Source of the DNA: Candidatus Zixiibacteriota bacterium
GTDB taxonomy: Bacteria > Zixibacteria > MSB-5A5 > UBA10806 > 4484-95
NCBI GenBank assembly: GCA_037441845.1
Contig: JBBIRK010000002.1
Coordinates: 128,001 to 192,000 of the forward strand
DNA: 64,000 bases
Direction of reading: 5' to 3'
Shown piece after piece: positions 46,506-54,285 of this stretch (positions are counted from its first letter, which is position 1; every line of letters starts with the position of its first letter). The notes beneath the pieces were generated by a model, which was not told the DNA's origin, ran no database searches, and was given only the letters and a program-made list of their open reading frames with translations. Both the position numbers and the translations under genes were made by a program.

Positions 46506-47597
46506 CTAATCGGCGCCCACTTTTTGCCCGGCGAGCTGTCCTTTGCGATTGATCATTTCCTCGAGCTCGGCAGGTGCAGATGAGTGCCCCACGGCGTCGT
46601 TGAGGGTTATTTTTCGGGCCGCATATAACTCATACAACGATTGATTCATCGTTTTCATTCCGTATTTTTGCCCCGCCTGTATCAGGCTGTAAATCTGATG
46701 GATTTTATCATCCCTGATAACCGCCCGAATCGCCGGCGTGGCCATCAAAATCTCCATGGCCAAAACGCGGCCGCCGCCCACGCGCGGCAACAACTGCTGC
46801 GTCACTATTGCCTGCAAAACAAACGACAATTGGATCCTCACTTGCTCCTGTTGATTGGTCGGAAAAACATCGACGATCCTGTTGATCGCCTCGGCCGCGG
46901 AATTGGTATGCAAGGTGGCGAACGCCAAATGACCGGTCTCCGATATCGTCAGCGCCGCCTCCATGGTCTCCAGATCGCGCATCTCGCCGATTAAAATGAC
47001 GTCCGGGTCCTGGCGCAGCGCATATTTCAACGAGGACGCGAACGAATTCGTGTCGGAGTGAACCTCGCGTTGATTTATTATGCAACTCTGATGTCGATGC
47101 AGATATTCGATCGGATCCTCGACGGTTATTATATGCTTGTGTTGCTCCCGGTTGATTTTGTCTATCAAAGCCGCCAGAGTGGTCGATTTGCCCGAACCGG
47201 TCGGCCCCGTTACCAGCACCAGACCCCTCGGAAGATTGGCGAGATTGGCGATATGCGGCGGTATGCCGAGCTCCTCGAATGATTTCACCCGATGCGGTAT
47301 CTGCCTTAAAGCCATCGAAACGTTCCCCCGCTGCATGAATATATTGCAGCGGAAACGCGACAGATTCTCCACTCCGAAAGAAAGGTCGAGCTCGGAATTC
47401 TCCTCGAATTTATGCCTTTGCTTGTCGTTCATCACGCTGTAGGCGAGTTTCTTGGTATCCTCCGGCGTTAATACGTCGTAATCCGACCGCGTCAGTTTGC
47501 CGTCGATCCGCAGCACCGGCGGCGTGCCCACGGTTATATGAAGGTCGGAGGCGTTGCGCTTTACCATCAACTCCAATAGTTCTCTTAATGAAACCAT
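46506..47597 (-). CDS. pilT: Type IV pilus retraction ATPase PilT
   Basis: ASDLH, GPTGSGKSTT, EDPIE, ALRQDPDVILIGEMRD, TGHL...TLHT, AIRAVIRD (AIRNLIRE-like), GMKTM. Confidence 0.95.
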   Translation of the reverse strand: MVSLRELLELMVKRNASDLHITVGTPPVLRIDGKLTRSDYDVLTPEDTKKLAYSVMNDKQRHKFEENSELDLSFGVENLSRFRCNIFMQRGNVSMALRQIPHRVKSFEELGIPPHIANLANLPRGLVLVTGPTGSGKSTTLAALIDKINREQHKHIITVEDPIEYLHRHQSCIINQREVHSDTNSFASSLKYALRQDPDVILIGEMRDLETMEAALTISETGHLAFATLHTNSAAEAINRIVDVFPTNQQEQVRIQLSFVLQAIVTQQLLPRVGGGRVLAMEILMATPAIRAVIRDDKIHQIYSLIQAGQKYGMKTMNQSLYELYAARKITLNDAVGHSSAPAELEEMINRKGQLAGQKVGAD

Positions 47598-47633
47598 TTG
47601 TCCCCTCGTCTATGGATGACCTCTATGATAATA

Positions 47634-47660
47634 TTATCGTCAGGAAAAGCCGGGGCTTGA
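47634..47660 (-). promoter_or_regulatory. Putative internal sigma28-like promoter of pilT
   Basis: Minus strand TCAA-N15-GACGATAA immediately after the pilB stop. Confidence 0.55.
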
Positions 47661-49355
47661 TTAGATTCCGGAGGTTTCCGCCAACACTTCTTCGAGCGAT
47701 GTGATTCCGTTGGTCAGTTTTTCCAATGCCGCCATTCTCAACGTCAACATCCCCTCGTTGATCGCTTGCTGCCGCAATTCGGCGGTCGAGGCGTTCTGCA
47801 CGATCATCTTCTCGATCGTCGGCGATATCGGCATCACCTCGAATATACCGGTTCTGCCCGAATAGCCGGTATTGTTGCACTCGTTGCAGCCCGATCCCTT
47901 GTAAATCTTCATCGTCTTCACTTGTTCCGGGCTCAACTGCAGAAGTTCGATTACCTCCGGCGTAATCGGCTCCTCTTTCTTGCAGAACGAACATATCTTG
48001 CGCACCATTCTCTGAGCCATGATCAGTTTGGTCGAGGCGGCGATCAAGTAAGAGGGGATACCCATATCCACCAGGCGGTTTATCGTCGATGGCGCATCGT
48101 TGGTGTGCAGAGTCGAAAACACCAGGTGCCCGGTAAGAGCGGCCTTGATCGCGATATCGGCGGTCTCCTGATCGCGTATCTCCCCCACCATGACTATATC
48201 CGGATCCTGACGCAAGAAGGATCGCAATGCGGCCGCGAAAGTGAGCCCGATATCAGAACGCACCAACACCTGATTGATCCCGTCGAAATTGAACTCCACC
48301 GGATCCTCTGCCGTCATTATGTTGACATCGGGCACATTGAGCGTCTTCAGCGCCGAATATAGCGTAGTCGTCTTTCCCGATCCGGTCGGTCCGGTCACCA
48401 GAATCATTCCATACGGCAAGTTTATCGCCTTGGTGAAATTCTTCAACGCCAGTTCGGGGAATCCGAGCTTGGTCAGATCGACCATCAGGGATTTCGGGTC
48501 GAGAATACGCATGACCACCTTTTCCCCGAAAATCGTCGGCAGCGTGGAAACGCGCAAATCCACTGTGCGTTCGCCGATTTTTATCTTGATCCGGCCGTCC
48601 TGCGGAAGGCGCCTTTCCGAAATATCGAGATCGGCCATGATCTTCATACGCGAAATAATGGCGGCGCGATATTTGAAAGGAATCGGCGCCCGCTCTTGCA
48701 ACGAACCATCGATACGATAACGGACGCGGATTCTCTTCTCGTAACATTCGAAATGTATGTCCGAGGCGCCTTTCTTGATCGCATCGGCGATGATTGAATC
48801 GACCAGCTTCACCAGAGGCTTGTCCTGGACCGCCTTCTGCAGATCCATTTCCTCGGGTATATCCTCGGAGGCCTCGACCACCTCCAGCTCTTCGTCTATC
48901 TCCTTGATAATGGAATCGAGCGCCCCTTTATCCTCGTAATAAATGTCGATCGCCTTCTGAATCGTCCCTTCCGGCGAAATAACCGGTTGTATGTTGCAGC
49001 CGGTGATGAATTTTATGGCGTCGAGCACATATATATTGTTGGGATCGGCGATAGCCACGATCATGGTCTTGCCGATCTTGGAAACGGCTATGACATTGAA
49101 TCTGCGGGCAATATCCTGGGGAATTAATTTCACGGTCTCGGGATTCAGCTCGACATCGGTGAGCCTCAAAGCCCCGATATTGAGCTGTTTACCGACGAAC
49201 TCGCTGATAACGTTCTCGTCCTCGACCGCACCTATCTTGACGAGGATTTCGCCCAGTTTCCCGTTGGAGTTCTTTTGAAACTCCAGTGCCTTATTCAGCT
49301 GTTCCTCGGTTATCTTGCCGGCCTTAACCAGCATTTTTCCGAGTTCGATACTCAT
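47661..49355 (-). CDS. pilB: Type IV pilus extension ATPase PilB
   Basis: MshEN-like N-terminus; ASDIH, ERRLPQDGR, GPTGSGKTT, LRQDPDIVMVGEIRD, tetracysteine CSFC/CNEC. Confidence 0.95.
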   Translation of the reverse strand: MSIELGKMLVKAGKITEEQLNKALEFQKNSNGKLGEILVKIGAVEDENVISEFVGKQLNIGALRLTDVELNPETVKLIPQDIARRFNVIAVSKIGKTMIVAIADPNNIYVLDAIKFITGCNIQPVISPEGTIQKAIDIYYEDKGALDSIIKEIDEELEVVEASEDIPEEMDLQKAVQDKPLVKLVDSIIADAIKKGASDIHFECYEKRIRVRYRIDGSLQERAPIPFKYRAAIISRMKIMADLDISERRLPQDGRIKIKIGERTVDLRVSTLPTIFGEKVVMRILDPKSLMVDLTKLGFPELALKNFTKAINLPYGMILVTGPTGSGKTTTLYSALKTLNVPDVNIMTAEDPVEFNFDGINQVLVRSDIGLTFAAALRSFLRQDPDIVMVGEIRDQETADIAIKAALTGHLVFSTLHTNDAPSTINRLVDMGIPSYLIAASTKLIMAQRMVRKICSFCKKEEPITPEVIELLQLSPEQVKTMKIYKGSGCNECNNTGYSGRTGIFEVMPISPTIEKMIVQNASTAELRQQAINEGMLTLRMAALEKLTNGITSLEEVLAETSGI

Positions 49356-49373
49356 GAATAGTCGGCGCCTTCG

Positions 49374-49862
49374 TTAATCTTTGAAAATATCGTCGAGTTT
49401 GTTCTCAGCGGAAGCGGAAAATTCCTCGTCGATTTCGACCATTTTCTCCCGCGGCTTCTTGCCGGCGTTGTTGAGAATCTCCAATAAAACTTCACCGATC
49501 TCTTTCGCGTAAAGCCTGACCATTCCGATCGTCGTCCGATCGTCGAAAATCACCACCAAAATCGTCCGCTCACCGATCAGCGAAATATGAATATGGTCGC
49601 GCTTCCCCTGATGAAACAGCACCGAAAATTCCGGCTCTCCCACCAGCCGGGCGATTTCCCGGGTCGATGCGAAACTGCCGGCCAGCAGCGCGGCCAAGGC
49701 GGTCGTATCCAGCGTTTGCGTGAATCCCTGACGCGTTATCAGATGGCCGTCCTTGTCGACCAGCAGCGAGCATTTGGCTTCAGCCTCCTTTATAAGGCGG
49801 GTGAGCGCCCGGTCGATCTGCTCGATCTCCTCCTCGTAGAGTATTTGATTCTCCTGGGCCAC
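49374..49862 (-). CDS. mglB: MglB-type roadblock/LC7 protein (GAP-like)
   Basis: YEEE, LLVDKDGHLI, DTTALAALLAG, EFSVLFHQG, VIFDDRTTIGMVRL, C-terminal helix LDDIF. Confidence 0.85.
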   Translation of the reverse strand: MAQENQILYEEEIEQIDRALTRLIKEAEAKCSLLVDKDGHLITRQGFTQTLDTTALAALLAGSFASTREIARLVGEPEFSVLFHQGKRDHIHISLIGERTILVVIFDDRTTIGMVRLYAKEIGEVLLEILNNAGKKPREKMVEIDEEFSASAENKLDDIFKD

Positions 49863-49873
49863 TTTATCCTCCT

Positions 49874-51076
49874 TTAAGAATTTTCACTCTTTTTTTTGAA
49901 CCAGCCGAATATGCCGACTTTTTTCTTCTGCTTAACTTTGGTGCTCTCGGCCATATGCGGCTTGGATAGCATCTGCGGCGGCGATATACGCTCGGCGATC
50001 TGTGTCGCTTCCTCGTCGAACCTCGCCCCTTCGTCCGGCGATTGCTTAGCGGCTCCCCTCGCGTATATTCCATTCAGCTTTTCGGCGTCCAGAACCGCCG
50101 GATGCCTCTTTATCGGCGGCGTCTCGACCTGCGGCACCAGCGATTCTTCTTTCAGCACCGAATGTTCGGTGGTTTCTTCCAAATCCTCTTTAGGCGGTTC
50201 TTGAGGCGGGGCTTCCGCCTCCTCCGGCGCCGAGGAGACCACTACGTTCGTCAACGTTTCCGAAACCGCCACGATGGGCGGTTGCTTCATCGACAGATTA
50301 TCCTCGGACCCTGCGGCAGGGCTAATCTTTTCCCGGCCTTCCTCGATTTTGAATACTTTGACGGAAGGCTCCGTCAGCGCATCCACCGGCCTTCTTTCCG
50401 CTTGCGGACCGACTCGAACAGCTGCTTCCCGTTGCGATTCGCCTCCTCCCACACCTACCACGACCGGTTCCGGTCGCGAGGGCCGCTCCGGTGATGTCTG
50501 CCTGGCCTTATCCAGGACCAATTTGCTTATCGCCTTCAGCGTCGCGAAAACGCCGGTGCCGGCCGATGCCACCGCTTCGAAATACGGCAAATTGCGGGGA
50601 TTCAACTGTCTTTGCATCTCCTCTATTGAGGCGACATTGGGAAGATCCCTTTTATTATACTGAAGCACCATCGGAATATCTTTGATATCGTAACCGTACT
50701 CCGCCAGATTCTCCTCGAGATTTTTCAGTGATTCTATATTGTCGTCCATCTTTTCCATCTGGGAATCGGCCACGAATACCAACCCATCGACTCCTCGTAA
50801 GACGAGTTTCCGCGTGGCGTTGTAATAAACTTGGCCGGGCACCGTGTAAAGCTGGAATTTGGTGGAAAACCCCCTTATATTCCCCACGTTCACCGGCAGG
50901 AAATCGAAATAAAGCGTTCTATCGGCGTCGGTCGCCAGACTGATCAACTCCCCGCGCGTGTCCTTGGGCACTTTGCTGAACACGTATTGCAAGTTAGTGG
51001 TCTTGCCGGAGAGCCCGGGACCGTAATAAACGATCTTCGAAATAATTTCCTTGAAAGCGTAGTTTATCGATACCAT
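49874..51076 (-). CDS. mglA: MglA-family small GTPase with ~200-aa C-terminal extension
   Basis: KIVYYGPGLSGKTTNL, DRTLYFDF, YTVPGQ, GVDGLVFVADSQ, QYNKRD, EAVA; then P/E-rich tail. Confidence 0.92.
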   Translation of the reverse strand: MVSINYAFKEIISKIVYYGPGLSGKTTNLQYVFSKVPKDTRGELISLATDADRTLYFDFLPVNVGNIRGFSTKFQLYTVPGQVYYNATRKLVLRGVDGLVFVADSQMEKMDDNIESLKNLEENLAEYGYDIKDIPMVLQYNKRDLPNVASIEEMQRQLNPRNLPYFEAVASAGTGVFATLKAISKLVLDKARQTSPERPSRPEPVVVGVGGGESQREAAVRVGPQAERRPVDALTEPSVKVFKIEEGREKISPAAGSEDNLSMKQPPIVAVSETLTNVVVSSAPEEAEAPPQEPPKEDLEETTEHSVLKEESLVPQVETPPIKRHPAVLDAEKLNGIYARGAAKQSPDEGARFDEEATQIAERISPPQMLSKPHMAESTKVKQKKKVGIFGWFKKKSENS

Positions 51077-51085
51077 CGAAAATCC

Positions 51086-51424
51086 CTATTGGCCGCGGAT
51101 TTTTGCCAGCGCTTGTTTTATCTCCAGCCTCACCAGTCCGATATTCACGTCTTTCTCGGCCACCACCGTCAAAATGCCGAGCCCGGCGTCGGTCAAAAAC
51201 AATTTCCCCTGCTCGGCCTCCACCATTATCTGGCGCGGCGACTCGTTGTGCAGCCGCTCCATCGCCTTGCCTACACTGGCCACGATAGACGCCGAAAGCG
51301 CGCCCACCGTCTCGTCCTGCAGCGTCGAATCGAGATCGGCGGCTATTATGATCCCGTCCGCCCCGACCAGCATCGAACCCCTGACGCCAGAGGTTTTGTT
51401 TAGTTCGCTTAACACATTTAGCAT
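51086..51424 (-). CDS. Roadblock/LC7 domain protein
   Basis: GVRGSMLVGADGIIIA, VGALSA, QIMVEAEQGKLFL, VNIGLVRLEI; SD GGAGG. Confidence 0.9.
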   Translation of the reverse strand: MLNVLSELNKTSGVRGSMLVGADGIIIAADLDSTLQDETVGALSASIVASVGKAMERLHNESPRQIMVEAEQGKLFLTDAGLGILTVVAEKDVNIGLVRLEIKQALAKIRGQ

Positions 51425-51436
51425 AACGCCTCCGTA

Positions 51437-51838
51437 TCAATCAACCTGGAGTGGGTATTTTTCCTGAACGTGCGACTTGATCATTTCCGCCGCCCGGCCG
51501 ATCCTGACCCGCAGCAGGTCGTCAGCCTCCGCTTTCGCTCTGACCACCAGAATCAGATTAGCCGCCGCCTGGATCGTCAACCAAGAGTCCGCCGTCTTGA
51601 CCACGACACTGCCGGCTTTGTTTTCTCCGAGTCTTTCCAAAACCGCGTCGATATTGTGCAGCATCAGCAAACTGAGCGGGGCGAACGCCTCCGCCTGGGC
51701 GAAACCATCACCGCGATACCCTATCAACAAACCGTCCCGGTCCAGTATCGCCGCCTCTTTGACACCTCGGTATTCCACCAGATAATCGAGAGCGCCCTGG
51801 AACTTGTTTTCCTTTCTTTCAACCTTGGCTGTAAGCAT
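51437..51838 (-). CDS. Divergent roadblock/LC7 domain protein
   Basis: GVKEAAILDRDGLLI, SVVVKT, LILVVRA; start moved to ATG 51838, 2 nt after the upstream stop. Confidence 0.75.
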   Translation of the reverse strand: MLTAKVERKENKFQGALDYLVEYRGVKEAAILDRDGLLIGYRGDGFAQAEAFAPLSLLMLHNIDAVLERLGENKAGSVVVKTADSWLTIQAAANLILVVRAKAEADDLLRVRIGRAAEMIKSHVQEKYPLQVD

Positions 51839-51840
51839 AA

Positions 51841-52674
51841 TCAAAACTCTGCGTGACTGAATATTTCGTTCAATTTCAATTTCAATGAACCCAGATTCAC
51901 GTCGTCGCGGGTCGAGATCACGATTATGATTCGTCCCCGATTGAACATCCACAGCTTGGATTGATCCGCCTCGACCAGAATTTCTTGACCGGCGCCGAAA
52001 TCGAGTTTGGCGATAGCCTGCTCCACCGAATTGAACGCCCCCGAGGCCAATGCCCCGAGTTCGTCCCGCGGCAACAGACCGTCGAATTGCCCCTCCACGA
52101 CCATCCCCTCTCTGGTAACCGCCACCACCCCGAGCACCCGGGGGAGAATCTTGATAATCCCGAGCGTATGCGACAAGTCGTAGGGCTTTTTCGAGGAGGG
52201 TTCCGCAGAAACCGCGGCCGAACGAACCGGCTTGGGCGGCTCCGGCACCTCTTCGGGTTGGATCGTCGTTTTCTTAAGCAGGCTTTTGATTGTCTCGCTT
52301 TTGGGATCCGAGTTGTGAAGTTTCTCGAGCAGCGTTCTCGCCCGGCCGTATTGTTCCCGCCTGATCAAAATTTCCGCCTCGAGCAGATCGGCGGAGCGGG
52401 TTCTTCCACCGACTTCGACCGCCTTATTCAGATACCGCTCGGCCTCTCCGTAATTCCCCAGATCGAGATATGTCTTGGCCACCACCATATAAGCCGATCC
52501 GTAATCTGGATGGTCCTCGATTCCTTTCAGCCCGATCTGTAACGCCTTCTCCAGCTCACCCTTCTTGCGATAAGCATCCGCCAAAGCGGCGAAAATCTGG
52601 CTGTTGGGATCGGCCTCGAGTATCTTCTGACACTTGGCGATCCGCTCGTTTATTTCATCGAAATCGATCTTCAT
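51841..52674 (-). CDS. TPR + roadblock/LC7 fusion protein
   Basis: N-terminal TPRs (DPNSQIFAALADAYRKKG, HPDYGSAYMVVAKTY); Pro-rich linker; roadblock VLGVVAVTREGMVV...LGALAS...VNLGSLKL. Confidence 0.82.
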   Translation of the reverse strand: MKIDFDEINERIAKCQKILEADPNSQIFAALADAYRKKGELEKALQIGLKGIEDHPDYGSAYMVVAKTYLDLGNYGEAERYLNKAVEVGGRTRSADLLEAEILIRREQYGRARTLLEKLHNSDPKSETIKSLLKKTTIQPEEVPEPPKPVRSAAVSAEPSSKKPYDLSHTLGIIKILPRVLGVVAVTREGMVVEGQFDGLLPRDELGALASGAFNSVEQAIAKLDFGAGQEILVEADQSKLWMFNRGRIIIVISTRDDVNLGSLKLKLNEIFSHAEF

Positions 52675-52688
52675 AGTTCACTTCTAAA

Positions 52689-52696
52689 TTATCGGC
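52689..52696 (-). promoter_or_regulatory. Sigma28-type -10 element upstream of the roadblock-mglA genes
   Basis: Exact GCCGATAA on the minus strand in the 48-nt intergenic gap; no good -35 at 15-nt spacing. Confidence 0.35.
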
Positions 52697-52722
52697 AAAT
52701 ATCCGTTTCCCCATCCTTTTAA

Positions 52723-53094
52723 CTAATGCAAACTCTCACGATAAAGCACCATACCGGTCAAAAACAGCGCGATGAACAAGATATCCAGCCCGGCGAAAAG
52801 CAACGCTTTGAAATAAGCCACCCCGAGAATCCCAAGAAAACCGAATATGGTCCGCAACAGCATTATTCCCAGCGCCGCCGAGATAAAAAGCCACGGGCGT
52901 CCGAGTTTACCTCCGCGCATCGCCCCGAATATCGAGTAACCCACGAAAGCGCTGCCGGCGATCAGCACCAAAAGCAGTAGGTGATAGACGAACTGCAACC
53001 ACGGCGGATGAATCTCGTAAAATTGCCCCGCCGAGGCCTGCGCAGGCCAAAAAACGATTGCCCAAACCATTACTTTCGTCAAGTGTCTCATCAT
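52723..53094 (-). CDS. Small hypothetical membrane protein
   Basis: Signal-like N-terminus ending AQASA, then three hydrophobic segments; 4 nt after the DUF4388 stop. Confidence 0.7.
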   Translation of the reverse strand: MMRHLTKVMVWAIVFWPAQASAGQFYEIHPPWLQFVYHLLLLVLIAGSAFVGYSIFGAMRGGKLGRPWLFISAALGIMLLRTIFGFLGILGVAYFKALLFAGLDILFIALFLTGMVLYRESLH

Positions 53095-53098
53095 ATTA

Positions 53099-54265
53099 TC
53101 ACTGCAACCTCAAGGTCCGCGCGAATTCCTCCTCGAGACCGTATTTGATAGCCAATTGCTTGCGGCTGCTCAGGTCATTATGGGTCTGAATTTTAATCTG
53201 CGAGAGCGTGCGCTGATAGAGCTTGTTCCCCAGATACTTTTGAATTGTATAAAGATAATCCGTCAGCAGATCGGTGAAATTGGAAATCAGCCGATGCAGC
53301 CAGGCCTCTTTCGGCAACGACTTGATCAATTTCTGCAAAAGCTCGAAATCTATCTCGCCGTCACGTCCGGTCATTTGTTCCGCCAAAAGCGGATATTCCG
53401 CCTTTTTTTCCTGAAAAGTCTCGTAAAAAATCCTTTCGCCCTTGACCCCGAGTTTATCCCGCAGGCTCTGAACGATTATCGCGAAATTATGCCGGTAAAC
53501 GTTCGCCAGCAACCTGACCAATTCCTCCGACTCGTCGATCTCCGCTCCCGCCGCCACCACCGTTTTGCCGGTTTTGACCAGCCCCATGCGCAAAAGATTG
53601 GCCAGCGCCTTCGAGGTCAGGAATTGATCCAGGAGCGATTCGCCGACGATTTGCCCCACGGTTTTGCCCGAACCTATCAGGGCCATCACCATTATTTCGT
53701 TCCGCCCGATTTTCAGATGATCCCCCTGAAAAACCGGGTTTTTCTCCAGTTCTATCATCGTCTCATCCGATGGCAGTATTTTTTGAAGTTCCATCCATTC
53801 GTCGATACGCCGGGTCCCTTCCATTATTATGTTCATCGGATTGAGCTCGGTCTGAATCGTTTCCGGCGGCGGCGCCTTCCCCTCGATAAAATTGAATTCG
53901 CCGTCTTTCCACCCGAACAGCCCGTAAATTATCTCCTCAATCTGCATCCTGAGACAATCGATAATTTCCTCGCGCGTGAACAATTTCATTTCGACCAGAG
54001 CCGAGCCTATTTTCTTGCCGTCTTTTTTCTCCTTGAGCACGTTCTCGAGATCGGCCTTCGATATCCGCCCCATCTTCAAGAGCAGGTTCCCGAAAAGATC
54101 CTTCTCCTCGGTCGATGTCGCATAAATGGTGTAGCCGCCCCGGAAATAAATCTCCTTGCGGTGCTGCCCTTTGGTGATCATCAGCATTCCGGTCTTCTTG
54201 GTCGAAAAGATAAGCTGAAAGATATCCGGCAAAGAAACGGTTCTCAGATTTCCCGTAAAACCCAT
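53099..54265 (-). CDS. DUF4388 (PatA_N-like) domain protein
   Basis: FTGNLRTVSLPDIFQLI...KTGML...EIYFRGG; LFGWKDGEFNF; IIMEGTRRIDEW. Confidence 0.88.
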   Translation of the reverse strand: MGFTGNLRTVSLPDIFQLIFSTKKTGMLMITKGQHRKEIYFRGGYTIYATSTEEKDLFGNLLLKMGRISKADLENVLKEKKDGKKIGSALVEMKLFTREEIIDCLRMQIEEIIYGLFGWKDGEFNFIEGKAPPPETIQTELNPMNIIMEGTRRIDEWMELQKILPSDETMIELEKNPVFQGDHLKIGRNEIMVMALIGSGKTVGQIVGESLLDQFLTSKALANLLRMGLVKTGKTVVAAGAEIDESEELVRLLANVYRHNFAIIVQSLRDKLGVKGERIFYETFQEKKAEYPLLAEQMTGRDGEIDFELLQKLIKSLPKEAWLHRLISNFTDLLTDYLYTIQKYLGNKLYQRTLSQIKIQTHNDLSSRKQLAIKYGLEEEFARTLRLQ

Positions 54266-54285
54266 ATTGCTCTCTGCCTTCCTCT

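Noticed and set aside
47627..47638. Perfect palindrome GATAATATTATC upstream of pilT as a Fur box
   Set aside because: Spacing is 7-0-7 rather than the 7-1-7 Fur arrangement, there is no iron-related context, and half of it is explained by the sigma28-like -10 element
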